Origin: a virus
DNA length: 64,000 nucleotides
IMG/VR virus record: IMGVR_UViG_3300024346_000010
Direction: 5' to 3' (one strand)
The notes beneath the pieces are model-generated. The model had not been told where the DNA came from and searched no databases. It was given only the letters and a program-made list of their open reading frames with translations. Positions 49,063-55,759 of the stretch are shown in pieces. Each line of letters starts with the position of its first letter. Position 1 is the first letter of the stretch. A program made the position numbers and the translations under genes.

Positions 49063-49681
49063 ATTATTCATTACTGGCTGTGATTCTAAGACAGAATGGA
49101 TGCTCCCGTGGTTTGTTGAAAACTTTAAGAAACATATGCCAAATGAGCAATTGATGATTTTCGATTTTGGTATGGAAAGTGATCTATATCCAGAACTTAG
49201 AAAGTCCCATAGAACGACCGATGTCGGCTGGTTTAAAAAACCTAGTGCTATGATGAAAGCCTCTAACCATGCATATCAAGTTTGTTGGTTAGATACTGAT
49301 TGCCATATTCAAGCAGATATTAGTGATATATTTGACCATGTAGAAACAAATAAAATCGCTATGGCTGTTGATAATCCTTGGACAAATAGGCGCCGAGAAA
49401 AATGGCACAATAGTGGCGTTGTTGCCTTCGAAGGTTGCCCATCTATTCTTGGCTTCTGGGCAACAGAGGTAAGTAGATTTCCTAAGGTCGGCGATCAAGA
49501 AGTTTTGCATGAAATGGTAAAAGATGATATGAAAAGAATGATACATATCACTGATCTACCGCATGAATATAATACATTACGTCTTGATGTATTGGATGGA
49601 ACTACTCCTAAGAATATCAAGGTTATGCATTGGACTGGTGCTAAAGGCAAAATGAAAATTAAGGAATTGATGAATGAGTAG
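49049..49681 (+). CDS. GT-A glycosyltransferase-like
   Basis: WLDTD, NSGVV, GDQEVL, YN, HWTG. Confidence 0.75.
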   Translation: MKSSRLFITGCDSKTEWMLPWFVENFKKHMPNEQLMIFDFGMESDLYPELRKSHRTTDVGWFKKPSAMMKASNHAYQVCWLDTDCHIQADISDIFDHVETNKIAMAVDNPWTNRRREKWHNSGVVAFEGCPSILGFWATEVSRFPKVGDQEVLHEMVKDDMKRMIHITDLPHEYNTLRLDVLDGTTPKNIKVMHWTGAKGKMKIKELMNE

Positions 49682-50267
49682 AATTGTTCACGTTATTGGA
49701 AATGGTGATAATTCGGCCTTATATAAACCCGCGAAGGGTATTAAGATCACATGTAACCTTCCACCATTTTCCGTAGAAAATGTATATGGATCTTGTATGG
49801 TTGATTTTAAAATGATGCGCGCGATGCATGAAGGCAGTGTGCAAGTTCCAGGTGAATGGATTCTAGGATTCAGGCCTCACAAATATCTTGAGATGTATCC
49901 CAGCATGAGACTACAATGGGCTAATCAAATTAAGGAGTTTTACCTTGACAAACCGCCTTATGTTGCAAATTATACCGACTTTAACTGTGGTCACATGGCT
50001 GTTCATTACTCGGCCAATAAACTTAAAGGCACCGAGATTCACATGTATGGATTTGATTCCATATTTGATTTCTCATTAAGAAGTTGTACTGATTTCTATT
50101 TACAATCAGATCGTGGTGATACAAACAACATGAGATTGATTAATAACTGGCGACCAATTTGGAATGGTATTTTTAATCAGTTTAGTGAGACTCAATTTGT
50201 ATTGCATCATAAACATGCTGATGTTAAGATCAATAAACCTAAAAACGTTGAAATAGTAACAAAATAA
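49674..50267 (+). CDS. hypothetical protein (sialyltransferase/MAF-like fold possible)
   Basis: VIGNG...CN...IHMYGFD. Confidence 0.5.
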   Translation: MSRIVHVIGNGDNSALYKPAKGIKITCNLPPFSVENVYGSCMVDFKMMRAMHEGSVQVPGEWILGFRPHKYLEMYPSMRLQWANQIKEFYLDKPPYVANYTDFNCGHMAVHYSANKLKGTEIHMYGFDSIFDFSLRSCTDFYLQSDRGDTNNMRLINNWRPIWNGIFNQFSETQFVLHHKHADVKINKPKNVEIVTK

Positions 50268-50391
50268 CTGTGTACATCCATAGTGCTTCGATATAGTATA
50301 AATATAACGAACATAAGGAAAATACAATGCCACAATACGACGATCCATGTGATTGTGTCGAACATTGGATTATGCATCTTAAGGAAATGAA

Positions 50392-50856
50392 ATGAAACTA
50401 TTGACGACGACAGTTATTGCCACGATGATGGCTCCTATGGCCTTTGCTGGAGAAACAGTAAACGCTCGGGTTAAAGATCATTACGCAACAGTATATGAAC
50501 ATATTCCAGTGACAAAGCGCTACTGTGAAAACGTTGAAGTTCCTGTATATGGTACACGACAAAAGAACGGTAATGCTGCTGAAGGTGCCATTCTTGGAAT
50601 GATCATCGGTGGACTTGCAGGTAAAGCAGTCACTGGTAAAGATAATGGTGCTGCAGCTGGTGCTATTATGGGTGGTGTAATTGGTGCTGACAAAGGCGCC
50701 AAACCTAAAAATGAAACTGTTGTTACTGGTTATCGTACAGAGCATCAATGCACTGACGTTACCGAATATGTAAACAATCCAAAAAATGTTTACGATTATT
50801 CAACTTTAGTGTTTACATTGGACGGCAAACAGTATAGAATAGATTTTAATAAATGA
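50392..50856 (+). CDS. secreted glycine-zipper 2TM protein (YcfJ-like)
   Basis: Signal peptide; GAILGMIIGGLAG..GAAAGAIMGGVIG. Confidence 0.85.
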   Translation: MKLLTTTVIATMMAPMAFAGETVNARVKDHYATVYEHIPVTKRYCENVEVPVYGTRQKNGNAAEGAILGMIIGGLAGKAVTGKDNGAAAGAIMGGVIGADKGAKPKNETVVTGYRTEHQCTDVTEYVNNPKNVYDYSTLVFTLDGKQYRIDFNK

Positions 50857-50864
50857 AGTTAAAT

Positions 50865-50940
50865 GACTCCTTAGCTCAGTGGATAGAGCAAGTGCCTTCT
50901 AAGCACTAGGTCGAGGGTTCGAATCCTTCAGGGGTCGCCA
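50865..50940 (+). tRNA. tRNA-Arg(UCU)
   Basis: Canonical cloverleaf, loop CTTCTAA, encoded CCA. Confidence 0.95.
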
Positions 50941-50945
50941 TATTC

Positions 50946-51030
50946 GTCAGTGCAGGTTTGCTCTTATCAATAGGTATCAAGGCGTCATACCATCAGATAA
51001 GTATGTGGTTCGATTCCACAACTGGTACCA
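50946..51030 (+). ncRNA. tRNA-like RNA with non-canonical middle arm
   Basis: T-arm TGTGG-TTCGATT-CCACA, 3' ACCA, weak acceptor stem, extended internal stem. Confidence 0.5.
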
Positions 51031-51047
51031 ATTAAAAGGAACGATTG

Positions 51048-51224
51048 ATGACAGTGTATGCAATTGAACGTAACGGTAATCTGGTTAAACATTATGTTTT
51101 TGAAGGTGATATTACTAAAATGCACACAAGACAACATTCGGTTGTTGATTTGACTTTTGATAATGAGAAATCAGCATTGGAAGTTGCAAATAAATTAAAC
51201 GCTACTGTCGTTAAAGTAGCATAA
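51048..51224 (+). CDS. 58-aa hypothetical protein, absent from ORF track
   Basis: SD AAGGA; open frame. Confidence 0.55.
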   Translation: MTVYAIERNGNLVKHYVFEGDITKMHTRQHSVVDLTFDNEKSALEVANKLNATVVKVA

Positions 51225-51238
51225 CAAGGAATTATATT

Positions 51239-51532
51239 ATGAAAAATTACTTTGATTTTAAAGGTACAGCAAAACGTCAAGAATATTGGGCAGTACTTAT
51301 TGCTTCAATCGTTGCAGGTATTATCGGGATTGTTATTACTGAGACTATTCCACTTGTAGCACTTGTTGTTTTTGTTGCAACTCTTTGGGTATATCTTGCA
51401 ACAACTGTTCGGCGTCTACGTGATGCTGACTTGCACCTTGCATGGATTATCACAGTATTTCTCCCTTACATCGCAACTGTTGCTGCCATTGTATTTGGCA
51501 TTGTAGGCAGCGCAGAGCAGAAAGAAGACTAA
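51239..51532 (+). CDS. DUF805-family membrane protein
   Basis: YFDFKG.AKRQEYW, VRRLRDA. Confidence 0.85.
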   Translation: MKNYFDFKGTAKRQEYWAVLIASIVAGIIGIVITETIPLVALVVFVATLWVYLATTVRRLRDADLHLAWIITVFLPYIATVAAIVFGIVGSAEQKED

Positions 51533-51533
51533 T

Positions 51534-51812
51534 ATGGAACCGATTACAGCAGCATTTTTCTTTGTTATGGCGTTTGCTATTGGTGAAGAAAACCGAAAAC
51601 AAGATGAATTTATTTTAAATCAACAAACAGAAATTAAAGATCTAGAAGATGATCTATATGCGACAGACGAATCTTTATATAGCCTTGTGGGATCGCACGC
51701 GTCCGCTGTCGCAGCTCTGAAAATGGAAAATGAACATTTGCGTATGCGAGTGAAATCTCTTGAAAGCGCATACGGCTACTTGGAAGGAAAAGTAGAGCTT
51801 TTTCATCCGTAA
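51534..51812 (+). CDS. hypothetical coiled-coil protein
   Basis: ORF track. Confidence 0.55.
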   Translation: MEPITAAFFFVMAFAIGEENRKQDEFILNQQTEIKDLEDDLYATDESLYSLVGSHASAVAALKMENEHLRMRVKSLESAYGYLEGKVELFHP

Positions 51813-51819
51813 GTTTAAT

Positions 51820-51896
51820 GCGGGTATAGCCCAACAGGCAGAGGCAGTTGACTTAAAATCAATACAGTGTGGGTTCGAATCCCACTACCCGTACCA
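51820..51896 (+). tRNA. tRNA-Leu(UAA), short variable loop
   Basis: Loop CTTAAAA, A73, CCA, 77 nt. Confidence 0.88.
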
Positions 51897-51904
51897 AAAA
51901 TTTT

Positions 51905-51998
51905 GGTCCCTTAGTTTAGTGGTAAAACACCCGGCTTATACTCGGCATCGTCTCCAGATTAGAGAGCGTCACAGGTTCGAATCCTGTAGGGACTACCA
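51905..51998 (+). tRNA. tRNA-Ile(UAU) with long variable arm
   Basis: Loop CTTATAC; about 24-nt variable region; CCA. Confidence 0.75.
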
Positions 51999-52008
51999 AT
52001 ATTAACTT

Positions 52009-52044
52009 TGATGTGAGGTGGTTCGAATCCACCCACTTCTACCA
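52009..52044 (+). pseudogene. tRNA remnant/minihelix (T-arm plus acceptor end)
   Basis: GGTGG-TTCGAAT-CCACC-CACTTCT-ACCA with no D or anticodon arm. Confidence 0.55.
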
Positions 52045-52067
52045 AAATTATATAACGGAGAAATTAC

Positions 52068-52376
52068 GTGTTTACAAAACGAAAGACTCATCGGGTCATA
52101 TTTGAATCAAGCGATACTAATACAAGAATCCTTGATATCTACAAGAATAAAAAAGGCACATTCAAACTTTTCTGTGATGTAAAAAGATCATCTGCAACCA
52201 TTGGTATTAATACTAACTACTGTATCTCCTATTTGAGCTCGACTGGGTGGACAGTTATTGCGGACCAGAATGATCTTGGTCTACCCAAACTATCAATTGA
52301 TGACGGATCTAACGACGTTGTTGAGAAAATTGAAGCAGGTTTCGCTAAGTTTATTGAACTAGCTGATTTGATCTGA
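52068..52376 (+). CDS. hypothetical protein
   Basis: SD GGAG, GTG start. Confidence 0.6.
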   Translation: MFTKRKTHRVIFESSDTNTRILDIYKNKKGTFKLFCDVKRSSATIGINTNYCISYLSSTGWTVIADQNDLGLPKLSIDDGSNDVVEKIEAGFAKFIELADLI

Positions 52377-52452
52377 TGTCAATGAATAATTGTCCGGAAT
52401 GTAAAATTGAATTGGGCCATGATAATTTTTGTCCCATTTGTAGAGTGAGAAG

Positions 52453-52590
52453 ATGAAATACTTACTTATTTTCGCGCTGCTAGCTGGTTGTGCTAATGTT
52501 CAGGACAATACAACTACTATGGACAAAGTAATAATCGCAACAGGCCTTGCTTTTCTAGCCTTTGGGGCTGTAGAAATAACACAACAATAA
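52453..52590 (+). CDS. 45-aa lipoprotein, absent from ORF track
   Basis: MKYLLIFALLAGC lipobox. Confidence 0.6.
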   Translation: MKYLLIFALLAGCANVQDNTTTMDKVIIATGLAFLAFGAVEITQQ

Positions 52591-52603
52591 TTGGAATTAT
52601 ATT

Positions 52604-52753
52604 ATGACACTATCCTTTAACCCAAATCAATCATTTGTTGATATGGTAATGAGTCTCCCTGATCAAGTTATTACTGACTTCTTTGAATCAATGGGAATTG
52701 AAATTAATCTCCAAGATGAAGACGAAGGTCTTCTTTATGATTGTGAAGCTTAA
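52604..52753 (+). CDS. 49-aa acidic hypothetical protein, absent from ORF track
   Basis: Open frame ending at the tRNA 5' end. Confidence 0.45.
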   Translation: MTLSFNPNQSFVDMVMSLPDQVITDFFESMGIEINLQDEDEGLLYDCEA

Positions 52754-52829
52754 GGTTCTTTGGTGTAATGGTTAGCACAAAGCGCTCATAACGCTTCAGG
52801 TCAGAGTTCGAATCTCTGGGGAACTACCA
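52754..52829 (+). tRNA. tRNA with CAU anticodon (elongator Met or Ile2)
   Basis: Loop CTCATAA, CCA. Confidence 0.9.
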
Positions 52830-52916
52830 AAACTTTTTATATTTATTTTCACTTTTTGTGAAAACACTCTAAAAAATGTATATATAATACTATATAAAAC
52901 AAGGAACATCTTTTCA

Positions 52917-53021
52917 ATGACTATCAATTCCACATATCAACTCCCGACAAAGAACGTGCAAACGCGCGGATGCTTTGCCATGGGTGGATGGAATATTGAT
53001 ATTCACGAGAGGGTATTTTAA
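52917..53021 (+). CDS. putative attenuator leader peptide (34 aa, all 20 amino acids)
   Basis: SD AAGGA at 52901; MTINSTYQLPTKNVQTRGCFAMGGWNIDIHERVF*; 3' codons overlap the antiterminator strand. Confidence 0.65.
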   Translation: MTINSTYQLPTKNVQTRGCFAMGGWNIDIHERVF

Positions 53022-53085
53022 AGAAGACATTTTTAACAAGTCTGATTTTAACAACCCTCCAAGTGAAAACTTCGGAGGGTTTTTT
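53009..53085 (+). terminator. intrinsic terminator with competing antiterminator
   Basis: Terminator AACCCTCC-AAGT-GAAA-ACTT-C-GGAGGGTT plus T-run (53053-53085); GAGGGT at 53009 can alternatively pair ACCCTC. Confidence 0.8.
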
Positions 53086-53090
53086 ATTAT

Positions 53091-53161
53091 GGTGTCACTG
53101 ATGGTTCAGACGGTTCTCTCATAAGGAACTAGGGAAGATTCGATTTTTTCTGACACTACCA
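53091..53161 (+). tRNA. compact atypical tRNA(CAU)
   Basis: Acceptor GGTGTCA/TGACACT, loop CTCATAA, weak T stem, reduced D arm, 71 nt. Confidence 0.6.
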
Positions 53162-53369
53162 AGAAAAATTTCAATTTAGGTGTTTACAACCAAATTTGAA
53201 TAATGTAAGATACTAATATGAGAACGAAGAGATAATATCAATCTTCTCAAAAGTGGATAAGCGGAACGAGACTGCGAGTAACCACTATAAACAAACTCAA
53301 ATGGGCGTCCTGGAGGATGGAAGCGTAAGCGGAAAAATCCCAGAAGAAACAGTTAATTCTGTTTTCACA

Positions 53370-53467
53370 TGCACTATGAATAATGGGAGGTAGACGGTTC
53401 GATTCCGTTCGTGAGGTGGTCCTCATTTGCCGACGGGCAACCGTGGTTCGAGTCCACAAGTAGTGCA
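53370..53467 (+). ncRNA. unknown structured RNA with two T-loop hairpins
   Basis: Closing stem TGCACTA/TAGTGCA encloses four hairpins, two with TTCGA loops. Confidence 0.55.
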
Positions 53468-53482
53468 GTTGAAAATAGAATT

Positions 53483-53566
53483 GGTCGGTGGCCCGGATGG
53501 TAAGGGGTTGGATTGCAAATCCATAGCACTGAAAAGTAGCGTGTTCGATTCACGCACCGACCTCCA
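53483..53566 (+). tRNA. tRNA-Cys(GCA) with extended variable arm
   Basis: Loop TTGCAAA, U73, variable ACT-GAAA-AGT hairpin. Confidence 0.85.
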
Positions 53567-53571
53567 AAATA

Positions 53572-53673
53572 GATCAAGCCGAACGGATCTCGAAAGTCCT
53601 TAGGCCCGCTCCTGAGGATCAAGCCACTGGAAGGTTCGAGACTTCCTTTGCAGGGTCGTCACCTGCCAGGAGT
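53572..53673 (+). ncRNA. unknown structured RNA
   Basis: CTCCTG/CAGGAG closing stem; GGAAG-GTTCGAGA-CTTCC and GCAGG-GTCGTCA-CCTGC hairpins; GATCAAGCC occurs twice. Confidence 0.45.
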
Positions 53674-53682
53674 AAAATATAA

Positions 53683-53767
53683 GGGGAAGTAAAGCGGATA
53701 GTTTCCGCAGCGAGTCTGTAAAACTCGTCTTTAACCGGGAGTGGAGCGTAACCACACTTCCCCACCA
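53683..53767 (+). tRNA. tRNA-Tyr(GUA) with atypical T-loop
   Basis: Acceptor GGGGAAG/CTTCCCC, loop CTGTAAA, T-loop AGCGTAA. Confidence 0.7.
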
Positions 53768-53773
53768 TTTTGT

Positions 53774-53849
53774 TGGAAGGTAGCTCAATTGGTAGAGCCC
53801 CTGATTTTGATTCAGGTGGTTGCAGGTTCGAGTCCTGCCCTTCCAGCCA
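53774..53849 (+). tRNA. tRNA-Gln(UUG)
   Basis: U1-A72, loop TTTTGAT, CCA. Confidence 0.93.
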
Positions 53850-53853
53850 ATAT

Positions 53854-53927
53854 GTCGGTATAGTGTAATGGTAACACGGCGGCTTCCAACTCCGCAAATC
53901 TGGGTTCGATTCCTAGTACCCTCGCCA
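53854..53927 (+). tRNA. tRNA-Trp(CCA) with acceptor-stem mismatches
   Basis: Loop TTCCAAC, G73; T:T and C:C mismatches in acceptor stem. Confidence 0.7.
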
Positions 53928-53933
53928 AATAAC

Positions 53934-54019
53934 GGGTGTGTCGCCTCAAGGTGAGGCAGTGGACTGTAACTCCATCGAGGGTTTCCTCATGCTAGGTTCG
54001 ATTCCTAGGACACCCACCA
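53934..54019 (+). tRNA. tRNA-Tyr(GUA)
   Basis: Loop CTGTAAC, long V-arm, CCA. Confidence 0.9.
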
Positions 54020-54021
54020 AA

Positions 54022-54522
54022 ATGAAAGATAATGAAATGCTTACGGAATCGCAAATCACTGAAATGATTGATCTTCTTATCAGCTGTGATGAAAATACAA
54101 AGGTGTATCTTGGTTGTGATTCAGTTCGCTATGTCAAGAAAGATAGATTCTGGGGACGTTTTGCAACTGTTGCTATTGTTCATAAGAATGGTAATAAAGG
54201 TTGCAAAATCTTTTCAAATGTATCCCATGAGCCAGACTATGATCTAAAGTCTAACAGACCTAAAATGCGTATGTTGACTGAAGTTAGAAAAGTCTGTGAT
54301 CTGTATACGCAGATAGCACCGTTCATTGATGAATTTGAAATTGAAATTCATTTGGATATCAATACCAACCCTATGCATGGATCAAACTGTGCTGCTGGTG
54401 AAGCAGCTGGATATGTTCTAGGCATGACTGGTATTCATCCAAAGTTGAAGCCTGATAGTTGGGCAGCAAGCTTTGGTGCTGACGGTGTTGCTCACGGAAG
54501 AACAGAAAAAAGTGCAAATTAA
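54022..54522 (+). CDS. RNase H-like YkuK (DUF458) protein
   Basis: VYLGCDS, EIHLDIN, KPDSWAASFGAD; the ORF-track start overlaps tRNA-Tyr so the start was moved. Confidence 0.85.
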   Translation: MKDNEMLTESQITEMIDLLISCDENTKVYLGCDSVRYVKKDRFWGRFATVAIVHKNGNKGCKIFSNVSHEPDYDLKSNRPKMRMLTEVRKVCDLYTQIAPFIDEFEIEIHLDINTNPMHGSNCAAGEAAGYVLGMTGIHPKLKPDSWAASFGADGVAHGRTEKSAN

Positions 54523-54582
54523 TTACATTAAGGGGTTTACAAACACTTATACATAGTGTAAGATACATATAACAAAGTTTAT

Positions 54583-54658
54583 TCCCAAGTAGCTCAGTTG
54601 GTAGAGCATCTGACTGTTAATCAGGTTGTCGGCGGTTCGAGCCCGTCCTTGGGAGCCA
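54583..54658 (+). tRNA. tRNA-Asn(GUU)
   Basis: Canonical cloverleaf, loop CTGTTAA. Confidence 0.96.
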
Positions 54659-54663
54659 ATAAT

Positions 54664-54753
54664 GGAAGTGTGGCCGAGTGGTTTAAGGCTCTAGTCTTGA
54701 AAACTAGCGTAGGGGAGACTCTACCCAGGGTTCGAATCCCTGCGCTTCCGCCA
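54664..54753 (+). tRNA. tRNA-Ser(UGA)
   Basis: Loop CTTGAAA, long V-arm, G73. Confidence 0.96.
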
Positions 54754-54766
54754 TGTTTATAGTTTA

Positions 54767-54842
54767 GGGGGATTAGCTCATCTGGGAGAGCGCTTGATTT
54801 GCATTCAAGAGGTGATCGGTTCGAGTCCGATATTCTCCACCA
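54767..54842 (+). tRNA. tRNA-Ala(UGC)
   Basis: G3:U70, loop TTTGCAT. Confidence 0.95.
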
Positions 54843-54846
54843 TATT

Positions 54847-54922
54847 GCCCCTATAGCTCAGCTGGTAGAGCAACTGATTTGTAATCAGTAGGTCCGCGGT
54901 TCGAATCCGTGTGGGGGCACCA
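54847..54922 (+). tRNA. tRNA-Thr(UGU)
   Basis: Loop TTTGTAA. Confidence 0.96.
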
Positions 54923-54927
54923 TAATT

Positions 54928-55010
54928 GCCCAATTGGTGGAATTGGTAGACACGCTGCACTTAGGATGCAGTGCTTCGGCGTGGGGGTTCGAGTCCCTCA
55001 TTGGGCACCA
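54928..55010 (+). tRNA. tRNA-Leu(UAG)
   Basis: Loop CTTAGGA, V-arm GC-TTCG-GC. Confidence 0.95.
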
Positions 55011-55040
55011 TATCATCTAGCAGAAAAGGAAAAAGATTAG

Positions 55041-55403
55041 ATGGCATACTGGGGTTATCATGCAATGTTTGATTGCGCAGCATGTGATATTGATAGTATC
55101 ACAAGCAAAGAGAATGTATATAATTTTATTAAAGAATTGGTTCCGGCAATTGATATGGTTGCATTTGGCGAACCAATGATTGAGCATTTTGCTACTCACG
55201 CCCCTGATAAGGCTGGTATTAGTTTTGTTCAAATGATTGAGACTAGCAATATAAGTGGACACCTAGTAGATGCAAACGGTGACGCTTATATTGATATTTT
55301 CTCGTGTAAGCCAGTTGATATTGGTGTAGCACAAGATACAATTGAAAAGTTTTTTAAGCCTACAAAAACTCGTGTAAACTTTATTACACGTAGCGCAGGC
55401 TAA
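55041..55403 (+). CDS. speD: S-adenosylmethionine decarboxylase proenzyme
   Basis: GYH...D, IETSNISGH self-cleavage region, YIDIFSCK. Confidence 0.85.
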   Translation: MAYWGYHAMFDCAACDIDSITSKENVYNFIKELVPAIDMVAFGEPMIEHFATHAPDKAGISFVQMIETSNISGHLVDANGDAYIDIFSCKPVDIGVAQDTIEKFFKPTKTRVNFITRSAG

Positions 55404-55410
55404 GATTTGA

Positions 55411-55489
55411 CGCAGAGTAGTAGCAGTCCGGTCAGCTCGCCAGTCTCATAAACTGGAGGTCGGTGGTTCGAATCCACCCTCTGCAACCA
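55411..55489 (+). tRNA. tRNA-Met(CAU), initiator-like
   Basis: C1:A72 mismatch, loop CTCATAA; anticodon stem CCAGT/ACTGG. Confidence 0.85.
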
Positions 55490-55493
55490 ATTA

Positions 55494-55583
55494 GGAAGTG
55501 TGGCCGAGTCCGGCTTAAGGCACTAGTCTTGAAAACTAGCGAACCGCAAGGTTCCGTGGGTTCGAATCCCACCGCTTCCGCCA
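55494..55583 (+). tRNA. tRNA-Ser(UGA), second copy
   Basis: Loop CTTGAAA; different V-arm. Confidence 0.95.
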
Positions 55584-55595
55584 TATAAAGTTTAA

Positions 55596-55671
55596 GCCGC
55601 TATAGCTCAGATGGTAGAGCGCCTGATTTGTAATCAGGATGTCCGGGGTTCGATCCCTCGTGGCGGCACCA
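55596..55671 (+). tRNA. tRNA-Thr(UGU), second copy
   Basis: Loop TTTGTAA. Confidence 0.95.
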
Positions 55672-55675
55672 TAAT

Positions 55676-55712
55676 AAAGGCACCTTGACTTCGGTCTTGG
55701 TGCCTTTTTTTT
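55676..55712 (+). terminator. terminator closing the tRNA cluster
   Basis: AAAGGCACC..GAC-TTCG-GTC..GGTGCCTTT followed by T-run. Confidence 0.85.
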
Positions 55713-55759
55713 ATTATAGATACTTTATATGATATAATATATAATGATAGGAATATATT

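Noticed and set aside
53572-53625. GATCAAGCC direct repeat as a mini-CRISPR
   Set aside because: Only two 9-nt copies and no cas genes; no CRISPR array seen anywhere in the window.
53247-53897. Minus-strand ORFs across the tRNA cluster
   Set aside because: Antisense to tRNAs and structured RNAs; no coding signal.
53854-53927. Reading this tRNA as Gly(UCC)
   Set aside because: Canonical spacing centres CCA in the loop, and G73 fits Trp.
53938-54021. N-terminal extension of the YkuK-like ORF
   Set aside because: Overlaps tRNA-Tyr; the real start is 54022 or 54037.
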